Positions 23,819-36,058 are shown, numbered from the whole stretch's first letter. The stretch: 57,751 nucleotides of DNA, filler included, from Sphacelaria rigidula (GCA_964200075.2; 8 parts of 8 records of this genome joined end to end with filler, not necessarily neighbours in it); one strand, 5' to 3'. Made by a program: numbers and translations. Notes: a model not told the origin generated them from the sequence alone.

Positions 23819-26800
23819 TTTTCGTTTTATTGCAAGTCGCATGATGTTTTGTGCATTTGTTGGTACCCGCTGAATTGATCAAATTGGAATTTAATGCAAT
23901 CGAAATCGCCGCAGTGGTGGATGCGGCGTTCGCAAGCGGCAACGTGTGGGATGCCGAGATTTGAAAGACGAGGTGAAGGGTTCGCATTGGGGAGGGCAGT
24001 GATTTTTTTTTCTGTTTTCGCCTTATGATTTTATCTCCATTTGTGTTTCTCAAACAATTTTGATATTTTTTTCGCGCTGTAGGGGAGCGGAGATGCGGCT
24101 GCTTTTTCGTCCGCTGTCTCTGCCTCGAGGCGCTGCCTCCCGGCTATGATTTTTAGCTGCAAAGGCTGTTGTTGTGAGCAGACGGTTGCGGGAACTGTTG
24201 GTGGGTATAAGGCCCGATCAAGTAATTTGTGTACTGCGAGGTTGTTGCTGTTTCTTTGCCGTCTCGGTGTATTGTCCGTGCGTGTTATGCATGAGCTACG
24301 TGCTGCGTCGAAATTGCCTGTGCGGCCCACCACTCCCGTGCGTTGGATGTCAAATTGATGTCGTTTTGCCTGTATGGATATTATTCGGATGGCAGAGTCG
24401 TATCTTGGTCGGCATATCCCTGGGTTTTTCCTCAAGGGTGCTGTTTGTTACTCTACACACAGGAACCGTGCAGGCTTAATGTCGACAACACGCGTCTTGG
24501 TGCTTGGTTTTCGTTTGTTTTCTCGAGTGTAGTAGTAATGTAGTGTAGTGCGCTAGCTTTGTGGTACTGGCGTATCTCTTAGTTTTTCATGCGATTGGTT
24601 TCGGTAGCAGAGGGTGATCAGGGTACGGAGCTATCACGTGTAAAATATTTCGACGTTCCGATCCAAGGATTTGTATTTTGTCTCCGTTTACCTCTTTTCT
24701 CGGCCTGTTGCCTGTCTGTATTCTGTCCGTGTCTGTATGCCTTTTACCTCTCTGTTTCTGTTTCTGCATTTCCCCCACCATTTGCTCCTATTACCTTCTG
24801 TAGCTGTTAGCCTAATTTCTTCATGTAGCCGTAGTGTTGTTGGGCGAGGGTAGTTGTCCTTGTGACTAGGGAATGGAGGAAACGGGCGTTAGGGCCTGTA
24901 GATGTGTCGATGTGCGGTGTGATTTCGAGTGTCGAGGTCCTTTCTACGCTCGTGTGTGGGTAGGGTAGCGTGCGCTGCGTGGTGTGGTGTGGCGTGGCGT
25001 GGCGTGGCGTGGCGCACAGGAGAGCTGGTTCTTTCTCCTCCACACAGAGTTCCCCTAGTGCTGTATGTGTGCGCGTCATATCTCATTTTTTAAAATGTAA
25101 AGAACACTCACTGTCTTGATGTACTGGAATATTGACCGAGTTGCTCAGGTGCTTGGGGTAGGGCATAGATTCGGGTGCGGGCATTTTGGGGAAGGTACAA
25201 CCCTGGAATAGTCGGTGTTTTATTTGAAGCCGATCACTATACTTCGGGTAACCTGAACACTCAGATTTATGGCAATCGATGCCGCAGGTACATTAAACGT
25301 TGAGGACTCACTCGGTATCGTTTTTGGCACTCAGTGGGTATACTCTACCCCGGATATTTCGAAATACCCACGCTCTCCGCAGTCAATAACCGACGTACTC
25401 TGGGATCATTCAACGGCCCGTTTCTCAGTGGTAGGGGCGGTATACTCCAGGTGCTCTGAGTAGACTCAAGATTTTCGTTCGGCTGTTGAAACCGCGCCGA
25501 AGATATCCCGGAGCACGCAATATTCGGCAGTCCATACCCAGCTCACGTTGTATCAATGCTCAGCATCTCCGTCGACCACCTTTGCAGAGAACTACTGGAT
25601 GTCGAAGTGATCATCTATCTAACACAATCACTGGTGCGTTTTATTCTTCTCACCCCTTCCCCCCTTTTTTTTCAGCGAATGTTTAAGTTTTGTTCACCTT
25701 GGGTGTGCCGATTTGGTGGCCACAGCTAGATCCCTTGGGCGCTAGCTCATGTGACGATCAGTACGAAAGTAGGTGAAAAAATAAACGCGTATCGAAGTCG
25801 TGGGTGGCTGGCTATCTTGTATGACCAATATATAATACATACTTGCATCAGTTCCAATGTTGGGACAGTACGTGCCGACCCGCCTCGTGCGCCAGCATAT
25901 TATTGGACCAATGTATGTCGTGCACCGCGGATCGTCGACGTATTATCGTGGAGGAGATATGTATCATGTGTCGACCCGTGTGCAATCTTGACGTTGCCCG
26001 CTTAACTTTGAAGATTTTTAAATGTCATTGCTTTGGTGGGAAACCTGATGAGACCCAAATTCGGGCGCTTCTTTTAATCGTGGAGCATACGGAGTTGGCT
26101 CATGGTGTGGCCAATGTGAACTAAGGCGATTCTCTTTACACTTTGGAGAGTTTCCCCCCTTTCATGTGCGGCAGCGTCCGCAAAAGCGAAACAAGGACGT
26201 CTCATCATATGGATGGGTGTGTGCTGTTGATGAGAAGAGCATCTGTACACAAATCGCCGCTTGCAACAACGCCTCAAACCGGCTCCTTCGCGCAAGAAGA
26301 GGCCCAAAACGCCCCCCCCCCTGTCGTAGGGTGACTCCAAAGTGACTCCTTCGTGGGATTGGTGGCCCGCAACCCGCCCCTGTCGTAGGATGGCTATTTT
26401 TCGAGTTTCAGGTTCGAAGAAAATAGTTTGTTTAGAAGGCGGTGGAACAGTCGCACACAGCAACACCGAACTTCTTTTCGGTTCTCGATTTTCGATATTT
26501 TTATGTATCATATGAAGTATAACAAGGTTTTGGTGAGATTGAGAGTTGGGTGCGGATTGAGAGTGGCTTTGATCACTCGCTTTTACTTGGCCAATTTTTC
26601 ATTCCGTGTGTACTTTTGTTCGTCATCACTGCCATGTGCTTACAGCTATACGTTGATATCCCACTCAGGGGTATCGAGGGCCTTGGTGGCCTGGTGGAGG
26701 TGCATTTTGGAACTGAAACGGCTTATTCACTAATTGACTGTTTTTCACTCTCAATCATACTTTCAACTCTCAATTTCACGAAAACGTTGTCGTATATACT

Positions 26801-26837
26801 TCGTGTAATATACATGTTTTACAAAACACAAGCCCAT

Positions 26838-27261
26838 ACACGGGATCTTATAAATTGGGCATGAGAAACCCGGAGAATTAAAATCTTCGTATCCACATCA
26901 AATATTGGAAACATGTTTTCATTTCTTCACCTACTGAGAGCTATTGACAACTGCTACGAGCGGTCGAAATTTGGATTTCGATAATTGAAACATTGGGGTC
27001 CTAGGTGAAAAACCAATTTCGGGGAATTCCGGGTGTCCGAACGGACGCCAAAATGGTTCCGAAATTGGTTTCCGACCTAGGACCCCAACATTTCGGTGGT
27101 CGAAATCCAAATCTCTATGGCGTGTAGCAGTTGTCAATAGCTATCAGTAGGTGAAGAAATGGAGCCATATTTCGAAGATTTGGTGTGGATACGAGGATTT
27201 TAATTTTCCGGGTTTCTCATCCCCAATAAAAGATCCATCCCCAATTTGTAAGATCCCGTGT
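26838..27261. mobile_element. Foldback / MITE-like element with ~185-bp inverted arms
   Basis: Left acacgggatcttataaattgggcatgagaaacccggagaattaaaatcttcgtatccaca...aaaccaatttcgg is the reverse complement of right ccgaaattggttt...tgtggatacgaggattttaattttccgggtttctcat...taagatcccgtgt; ~35-40 nt spacer. Confidence 0.9.
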
Positions 27262-27885
27262 TTAATGGTTACATGAATTTTTCGGATAATCGTTTCAAAC
27301 CATTATTTACCGTTACCGGCTTTATAAGCCGTTACCGGCTACGAATGCTACATACAGCCCTTGAAAATTGGCCCAAACTCAACGTATCTTCTAGCTCTAG
27401 TGAGGCCAAATCGCGTAAAAACTTACCCTCGGCACGGCGCCTCCAGCGGAGCCCTCCGGGGGCGCCTCCGACGGGGCCCCCTCTGCCGGGGGGGAGGGAT
27501 TTTTGGCTCGCGGCTACGCCGCTCGATGACCAAAACATTATGTACCATTTAACAGGTCAATGAGTGCGCTACGCGTAACCATTCAACTAGTTAATGGTTA
27601 GACAAACCATTTCCGAGCTCTACCCACCCCGATTTCTGTTTCAAAGAAGATTTGATAGAGGAGGGAGCCGGATATCGCAGCACAGAGAGCCATAGTCTGT
27701 CGATCCTTCTCCCTTAATTCGCCTATAGTTGATTGCGCACGTTCGCAAGCGGGTATTACAGCCGCTGTCACCAATATGTTACAGTTTACCAGCTACATGC
27801 CGGCTGCTCACATCGCAGGTGGACGTACCCCAATTCGTTGATACCATTCATGTTTTCTGCAATATCTTCGCGGCTTAAACTACAG

Positions 27886-28098
27886 GTGGAGTATGCCCGC
27901 GGCGTGTTGCGGAGGCTAGGGTCGGATACTGTAGAGGACCGGGAGCTTGCCGTAGTCAGCCTAGAGAGCGCCATAGAAGACTATGAGGCGAGCATGCGCA
28001 CGATCGATGTAGCAGAGTGCGAATCCGCATCGAGACATCGAGCTGCTGACCACTGTTTCTGTCGTCCCCGGTCTCTACAGCAGTTCGCTGGTTGGTAG
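27886..28098 (+). CDS. Possible isolated exon or gene remnant, unknown helical protein
   Basis: ttaaactacag| acceptor then VEYARGVLRRLGSDTVEDRELAVVSLESAIEDYEASMRTIDVAE; no clear partner exons found. Confidence 0.3.
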   Translation: MEYARGVLRRLGSDTVEDRELAVVSLESAIEDYEASMRTIDVAECESASRHRAADHCFCRPRSLQQFAGW

Positions 28099-28403
28099 TA
28101 TCAAGAGCGTTTTCCAATATGGTGTGAACGCTGCCTGTATTGAACGGTGAGATCGGGGGTATTCTCCCGGATATTTGGGTGCTTCTTCGTACTCTGGAGA
28201 GTTCTTGTATAGCGCATAACTGGGCGACAAGATTAGCACTACTACATAACTCATCTGTCACCTGAACTGACCAGCTTTCAGCTCGACACGACTATGACGG
28301 CACAGGTCGTGAGCGCCGGCATTCTATCCCGCCGTGGTAGGACCGGCACAACCCGCCCCGCCCCGTCCCGTCCCCCCCCCCTCTCCCCCCCTCTCCCCCC
28401 CCT

Positions 28404-28495
28404 TGCTCCGTCTCGAAAGGGATGCGTGGTCAACGATCACACGACTAAGGCAAGCAGCACATGAGTACGCCCCCCCTCCCCCCCTCCCTCCTTTC
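28404..28495 (+). repeat. R1 family module
   Basis: gctccgtctcgaaagggatgcgtggtcaacgatcacacgactaaggcaagcagcacatgagtacgccccccct matches 16157-16230. Confidence 0.75.
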
Positions 28496-28827
28496 CTGAG
28501 ACCCTATTGCATACTTGTCTTGGGTGCACATGTGATATTTCGCATGGACACCAAACATGGGTGAAACACAAGGTACATATGTGAACAAGATAAACGTTCG
28601 GCAAGACTTCCCGCCTACACACAAAATGGATACTCCTTCCGCCTTATCACAAAATGGATACTACTTCCACCTTATCTTCTTGAATGCTGAGTAGCACACG
28701 TAGATCTGGCGTTTGTTGTTTGTTTGTTTGTTTGTTTGTCTTTTTTTTTTTTTTCTCTCTCCGTTGAACTCGGGGGAGCTACTTCTCTCCGGTTTTCCTT
28801 GCGTCGCACCTCTGATTTTTTTTATTT

Positions 28828-28927
28828 NNNNNNNNNNNNNNNNNNNNNNNNNNNNNNNNNNNNNNNNNNNNTTAATTAATTAANNNNNNNNNNNNNNNNN
28901 NNNNNNNNNNNNNNNNNNNNNNNNNNN
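28828..28927. other. Artificial contig linker
   Basis: N44-TTAATTAATTAA-N44. Confidence 0.99.
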
Positions 28928-29649
28928 GGGAACTACCAGCTTCTCGTTGTGCTCGGCTTTTCCCTTTTCGATTTACGTGAAGATTTCGCCTTCCAAAGCC
29001 ATGCACTTTTGGGGGGGGGGCTATCGTAGAAAGTGTCGTACTTGGAACTGTCAGGTCATCTAAAGATCCAGTTATCAGTGTTTATTCTTTAATCCAGTAA
29101 CAACCATTGTTTCCAACCATTGCGTACACTCTCCTGTCTTTTCATCCGAAGATGAAGGCGCATATTTGTTTTTAGGAAATCCGGTCAAATGGACCGGGGA
29201 CCTCTCCTGGGAAGGACAACGCCGAGCAAAAAAGTGTTTATGGTCACGCCCGTGCGGATATGGGGCTATTTTTCCCCAAACCGAAGATATTGTGTTTTCA
29301 TGAAGTCTCCGAAGGTACGCCAAACGTCGAAAATTGTAGTCACCTTTTTTCGTTGAAAAAGTCGAACGAATGTGACCCCTGGATCCTTTTGATTGCGCCG
29401 CAATAGAATCATTGCTCAATCCCTTGTGCAAGTCAACATGAGCATGGAATACACGACACACATCATCCTACACCGGTCGTAATGTATGCACAAGAGCAAT
29501 CAGAGCCGCGGGGAATGTTGTGCGCTGGTACAGTAAGATGTCGGCAATGATGCCCTTGCTTTGAGCTGTCCAGAAGTCATAGAAATGTGTTTTTTTTTCC
29601 TTCTTGTGCAAAACAGGCAGTGCTGCTGCAAAAGACGGTGCAGCACACT

Positions 29650-29842
29650 AAGGCCGTGTCTTCGCACATAACCTTTCGATCGAAAAAGTGCAGCGGAAAA
29701 CAAATATTCCCATCTGATAAGTCGTGATTTCAACCATCTCTAAAATAAACTACGATGGTTGGAATCACGACCTACCAGATCGGAGTTTTCGTTTTCCACC
29801 GCATATTTTTGATAAAAAAACAGTGTGCTACGACACGTCCTA
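29650..29842. repeat. Imperfect ~190-nt inverted repeat (hairpin)
   Basis: Core atctgataagtcgtgatttcaaccatc / gatggttggaatcacgacctaccagat around a 15-nt loop; outer ggccgtgtc..gcaca / tgtgc..gacacgtcc. Confidence 0.75.
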
Positions 29843-30786
29843 ATTACAGTACATTTGAAACTCTACAGTCGGTATTTCAACCCCAAGACAGTTGTAACGT
29901 CTATAGTTAGTGCCCACGCGGATTACCGTGGCTGGCGAAGGAGTAGATGGATTCCAGATAACACAAGCCTTGGGTATGTGTAGCTGAGCGGTGGACTGGG
30001 CTCGGAGCTATTATTACGCGTACGCTGAAGCTCTCTGTACGTGTCGTAAGGCTGCACAGGGACAACGTGGGATCCTGACCGCTACTGTATGCGTTCATGT
30101 CCCTCGCACCCCGATGTTACATGCCACCCATTGCGCTCTAAATGAAACAAACTATCCGGTGCCGGGACCCATTTTTCAGTGCACAGCTGAAAAGTGGCGA
30201 GCTTCACAAATGTTGGTATCTGGTTGACGTAGCCCCTTCCAGTAACGCTAGACTTGTTCAAATGGCGGTGGTCGTGGTTGGGTGTGCAGTGCTGTTGAAT
30301 TTGGAGCATGCATACCTCCACCGCTCATAATAGAGAGTGCCCCCTGCGCCCATAGCAACGTGCACGATCGAAAAGTGATGGACCCCCCCCCCCTCTCGAG
30401 AAGAATAAAACATCTCCCCTGGTGCGACTGTTTCGTTTCATCAACAAAGCGGTCTAACTCCTAAAAACATTGAAAAAAAATGTCCCCTAGGCATGGTCGA
30501 TTCGCACCTCTCCTCGAAAGTTCAGGTCTCAACTCTTTTAGCAGCAGCGCGGTACCATAGCGTACGGTTGACATGATGTTACACAGTGTAACATGAAGAC
30601 ATGCAGGCGGGGCGCCAGTAATGTCTTGAGTGCACCAAGACTTCCTTCAAGCAAGGCAGAAGGTGTGTTGCAGGCGTCCATCGCAGCAGTCGTGATAGCC
30701 AGCGTGCGCCGCTTACTTGCACATGACAGGACAGTATGTGCATCGCCGTCGCCCATTTAGTATACCAAGACGTGTACCCAATAGTT

Positions 30787-31043
30787 CACACGTCGGACAG
30801 CTTATGAGCTACCTGAATATTACTTTTTATTAGTGTACTGATGCGGACCACGAGCTAGCTCATGTGGCCGCTTTCCCCATATTTGCTCCCCACAGCACTG
30901 GACACCGAGCCCGCGGAGTAGTGTAAAGGTAGCGCTTTTGCTTCTCAGGCCCTGCTGACACGTAATTTGTGTTTTTGGATGAGGGATCTGAGAGTCCCGT
31001 TCGATTGGATATTTTGGGTAGCTCATGAGCTGTCCGACGTGTG
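30787..31043. mobile_element. MITE-like element with ~35-bp TIRs
   Basis: Left CACACGTCGGACAGCTTATGAGCTACCTGAATAT; reverse complement of right end CACACGTCGGACAGCTCATGAGCTACCCAAAATAT. Confidence 0.85.
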
Positions 31044-32964
31044 CAAATGTTTGGTCCGAAAAAGCGGTGAGGGGTCCTCACCATTTTCCATACAAACACT
31101 CAACATCCACCTGTCCGGATAGATGAGCGTGTTGTACTACTTGAAGAACAAATTTGAAGCCAAAACTGACCATAGGTAATATTAGGCGATGTGGGAGGGA
31201 CTGAGGGTCAACGGGACATCAGGAAAATTCGGATGTACGACTCCAATCAACTGTTCGTATATGTTCACGGCACCGCCTCGTTAGTGGCGTTACAAGACAG
31301 CGTGTGAGTTGCAGACAGGAAATCGCATGCTGACCCTGGGCAAAACGGGAAATGTGGTATTATCCATTTAAAAACAGATTCGGATGCGATATATGTTATA
31401 CTCCAAAACACAAAACGCGAAATCTTCGCGGGCCGTGGGGATTTGTTGCAACCGAACGGGAAACAAGAGCATATTACTCGAACATGTGTCGGGCATCGCT
31501 GTGGGTGCTTCGTATACCAATTCGCCAATATCATCTTGCAATCCAGAGAACGGGAAAATACTGGAGGGCATAATACCAGGGCTTGTCACGGGAAAAAAAC
31601 GCCCTCTCTGTCTATTTGGCGATGCGAGCACGGTCCCGTCTCCTGTCGTCTTTTTCTTGACAGGAAAACGTTGCCGTCCCGATCCGTCCTCACGGGGGAA
31701 TTCCCGTCCAATCTGACAAGAACTTGAGTGCATGTCAACGATATATGTGTTCTGGGATTTTTTTTTTTTGCATCCTGCGACTCCTTCCACAACCCACTCC
31801 GAACTCAAACTTCACATGAAACGACGTACGGTCGCAAATTATGGAGACGAAGACTTGTGACGGGACTTCGGGATCGGACCATTCCCGTGAATATGAGATG
31901 GTCTAACAACCGTTGTAATATGCTGTGCCTCCGACACCGGTGTTGGATTTCTTCGTGAACGTGTCCGAGCATCGCTGTACATGATTCATCTTTATCGTTC
32001 TTGTTCAGCGGGGGTCACACTCATATTACCGCAAGCATCCCGTCCCGTCAGTCCTCGAAATTCCCGTCCTGTTCCGGCATTGTTGGCGACGGAGGAACAG
32101 CTCCCGCCCTGTCGTTTGTTGACGAGAGGAAAACGGGCCCGTCCCGGAGCCCGGTGGCAAGTCCTGCATGATGTTGTCGTAAGTAGAATACAGATCATAT
32201 GCACGACTTGTGTCGAGTGCTGCAAATCCATCCATTGTTCCGGCAACAGCGCGCGCGCTTGTGCGGAACAGAGGTCTCGGAATGCTTGGGTATCCGTCGA
32301 AAATGGATGTGCAAAATAGTTCGCACTGTACGTGCACTACACAATTGCACAATGTTTCGAATCCGCTCAGCCTCCGCCGTCCTTTCCCCGGTGTCTAGAA
32401 AATAAAAGTGGTCGACATCTCCTCACCAGCACGTGACAAAGGCGGGCGAAACAGTGGGCCATCGAAGAGTCGTTTTCCACTCAAAGTATGTATTGCAAAA
32501 AGCGCGGACGGCACGTACGCGATATAAGTGTACGACGAGTCGAACCCTAACCCTGCCGCCGCTCTTGCCACCCTTCCACTGCCCCCCAACATCCCCCCCC
32601 CCCCGCCGCGCCGTCAAACACACTCCCCCGATGGGATTGGCGTCGGTTGGCAACGACGCTGTAAAGCACGCCACTCACTGCGTAAGGTAGTCAACCAGGC
32701 TACCGTTTTTTTGTGCTTGTGTTTTCTTTTGCGGTAGCCATGATGGTGGTCGAGATATATCGTTTTGTGCGGGGTGGGAGAACCTCAACTCCGCGCAAAG
32801 GGGGTGGTCAGACATACCACGTAGTGTTACATGGTGAAACACCCGTGAAGCAGTGTGGAACCCGGGGCTGTCTCCGGAAACGGCGAAACCAGAAAAGAAA
32901 GCAACTCAATGAAGGCTGTCATCCGTAAGCAAGATAACCAAGTACGCTTCGGGCCGAATAGTAT

Positions 32965-33150
32965 TAGCAGGATGCAGCTCATCGGTCATGCGACTCGCGG
33001 AACACATCACGGCGCTTCGCGCTTGGTGATTGATTGTGAACCTGGTCCGGCAAATACCCGTCGTGCTCCGTGCTGGCTTTGTTGGAATGCGACGTCAATT
33101 ATCTAATGGCTACGGCATGCAAGATGATGAATGTCCCCCCCCCCCCTCCG
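32965..33150 (+). repeat. R1 family full-length copy
   Basis: Starts tagcaggatgcagctc (same 5' end as the 47461-47655 copy) and ends caagatgatgaatgt-polyC. Confidence 0.9.
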
Positions 33151-33679
33151 ACGAACAGACGGATTGAAGTATGTAACAATTACTGCCGCGGGCATACCAG
33201 GCAGTGGCTTCGAACGAGAAGGCGACTATTGCACGAAAGCTTCTGCCGCCGCCCCCCGAAAACCAGGAAGCAACGCAAACATATTCTAACCCGTCCAACG
33301 GAATGGAATAACTTGGGGTTCACGAAGAAAGCTGCCATGATATCACGGATTGTTTAGGCTCTAGTCTCCTTCCATCCCTTGTCCTTACCCGGGATAAGTT
33401 CGTGCTTTCAGGGGATCGTTCTGTGTCTCCTCCGGTATGCACTTGGCTTACTCTTTATGTTACAAAGCGCTGGGTTAGCACTCCTGCAGCCTCTCGGCTT
33501 TTATGGAATTCCCAACTTGTGCATGTGGGCCATGAAGGTTGGACAGCCTGAAGTTCATAACAACGCGACAGCAGCACACTGTGATCAGATTGACGGATGG
33601 TCCGGTTACACTGTCTTTTTCTGTCCCTGTTTTGTTCACAGAACGTGACTACTTGTCTCAGTTTTTTCAAGGCTGTGCA

Positions 33680-33811
33680 ATGGCATCCCCGGGCGTCGTG
33701 GGCAGTCCGGTCCAGGTGAGATCCGAGAATCTCGCGTCTTTGAAGAGTTTTGGTGTATGCAACGTAGAGGCGTACTGTTGAGCGGTATGCGCGAGAATGA
33801 ACAAGAAGCAC
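33680..33811 (+). pseudogene. Candidate upstream exon of the NB-ARC gene, with an in-frame TGA
   Basis: ATG at 33680 reads MASPGVVGSPVQVRSENLASLKSFGVCNVEAYC*AVCARMNKKH|gtgagg; the phase-0 donor matches the phase-0 acceptor at 34135; TGA at 33779-33781. Confidence 0.35.
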
Positions 33812-34134
33812 GTGAGGACGTGGATATCATGAGTAGTACACTGAAATACGCTTTTGGGCAATGCCAGTGGAGAAAGGTGGAGTCGTTAGTAAGAAAGTGT
33901 GGAAGAGACTGAAATTCACTAAACATGTGGATGAGGAACAACACCATGCGAAACACCGGGAAATGCGTATATCGTGCATGAAGGCTATGCCTTGAGTCAC
34001 ATTTGCTTGAGACTGCAGCTCTGTGCATGCGCCCAGCATTCAGCTACCGAGTTTCATTTTCGAAACATAGAGGGGGCGATTTGCGTCTGACATCCCGTCT
34101 ACTGAATGTCGGGTGATATTATCTCGTCCGTTAG

Positions 34135-35864
34135 GCACTGGATAAGACGAAGAAGGTCATCGAAGAGAATAGGCCGTGGTACCAAGCTGTCCTCCTTCGG
34201 GCGGAAACGGCAGAAGCTGCGGCCGGAGAGACTGCCACCGAGGTGGTAATCGAGGGGTTCCGTGTACTGGTGAATGCGGCTAACGTGGACGCTGTGAAGC
34301 CCGCTTTTGTTGTCCTTCGTGCTCTGTTCGAGGCTGTGAAAGGAGCCACCGCTGCCCGGGAGGCACTGCTAGACCTCCTGAGCTACTGCGTCTTGATCAC
34401 AAGTATCGTACTAGATAATGCCCGTGCGCCGGAGCTTCCTGCACACATCCAGATGGCTTTGCAGCAGTTGCGAGTCGAGATCACCAACATTCATAATACC
34501 GCCAACCACTTCGACGACAAGGCGAGCTGTTCTTGGCCTTGGCGGAGGTTGCGTCTGCACACCAGAGACAGAAGAAGGATCAAGATGCACAGGACGACAC
34601 TCGAGGAAATCCTGGCCGCAGCGACGAGCGCCGCCGCGCTCTCTATAACTGCGGACGCCAGCGCTGTACGCACCATCTTTACCCACTCCTCCACGGCTGG
34701 AGGTATGGCGGAAGTTCCGTATGAAGCGCGGTCGCGACCTTCAAGCTACGTGGAGCGCCCTGCTCTGGTGTCTGGCATCGTATCTGACCTCACGGCAGCA
34801 GATGCTAGCAGTGATCCATACGTACTATTTGGTATGGGGGGAGCGGGCAAGACAATGCTAGCATCTTCAGTCGTTCGCAACCCAGACGTCAGGAAGCATT
34901 TCAAGGGGGGAATCTTCTGGCTTAGCGTAGGACGAACTAGTGAGACTCGACTTTTAGCGCTTCTCGTGGGGCTAGCCGCCAAGGTGATCGCATCGCCCAC
35001 GGCCCCGCACAACTTCAACAGCGAGGACGAAGTAGTTCGGAGCCTGACTACAGCCATTTCAGCAGATGGCCTGCATCGCCTGGTTGTGGTGGACGATGTG
35101 TGGCAGCGTGATGTTGTGGATCTGCTGGTGCCCACAGGAATTCGACTGCTGGTGACTACGCGTGTCCGTGCAGCAATTGCCATGGACGGGGGGTGCACGG
35201 AGGTGGGGAGCATGAGCCAGGTGGAAGCGCGACAGCTGCTAAAGTCGAAGAGCGGAGCAGTGGTACTTCCCGAGAGAGAAGCTGATCAGGTACAAGTACA
35301 ACGGTCATTGGTTCACGATGGAGCGTTTGAGAGGTGCCAGCCACCCTCGTTTGTCGACCGCAAACATGGCCCTGTCCATAGCAATGACTAATGCGATTGC
35401 TAATTTATTGGTTGGCGCAAGATTGTCCCGGTTAACGGAATAAACTCTGTCGCTGTTAAAGTGAGACGGCCAGCGGCGTTGTCTTCGTAGCCGATGTTTT
35501 TAAATAGTGCCGTTATCCGCCCTCTTCCGTCGTGATGTATTCGTCGTAGGTTGCTGAGGAATGCGGGTGGCTAGCGCTGGCCCTAGCTATTGCAGGGTCG
35601 CTCCCGGGTGTTACCAAAAGTCCAGACTCTGCTCTATCGTGGCACCAGCTGCACGTAGATATCAAAGAGAAAAAAACAACGCGCCTAGGCCTGCAGATGA
35701 CCAGAGACATCGCCGACGACAAGTCCAAGACGTCACTGTTTCCCGTGCTGTCCGTGAGCCTTGAAGAGTTGGGTCGAGAGGAGCAGGACATGTTTTTGAG
35801 TCTGGTTGTGCTCGCCCGCGGTGTAGGGGCATCAACCGCTATGCTGGCCACGCTCTGGGAGAAG
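34135..35864 (+). CDS. NB-ARC (Apaf-1/NLR-like STAND ATPase) protein with an N-terminal helical domain; partial, C-terminus off contig
   Basis: Exon 34135-35289 (ttag|ALDKTKK...EREADQ|gtacaa) carries Walker A GMGGAGKT (34831-34854), GGIFWLSVG, Walker B LVVVDDVW (35080-35103) and LLVTTR. It joins in phase 0 to exon 35550-35864 (tag|VAEECGWLALALAIAGS...SLFPVLSVSLEEL...MFLSLVVL...LATLWEK|gtgctg), which has the GLPLAL-like and winged-helix region motifs. Confidence 0.93.
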
Positions 35865-35991
35865 GTGCTGTTCACTCCAAAGCGCCGTTGCATCGGTCAT
35901 ATTATTTTGCACATGCGCATTACCCGTTGATGGTTGCGAGATGGGCGGAACTTCACGAAGCTATGCCCCCCCCCCCTCTCCCCTTATGTTC

Positions 35992-36040
35992 GCCTGGTCC
36001 GGCGAGAACCCGGCGTGCTCCGTCCCGGCTTTGTAGGGGC
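35992..36040 (+). repeat. R1 family fragment in the NB-ARC intron
   Basis: gcctggtccggcgagaacccggcgtgctccgtcccggctttgtagggg. Confidence 0.8.
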
Positions 36041-36058
36041 GGACCCCCGATGGGGTTG

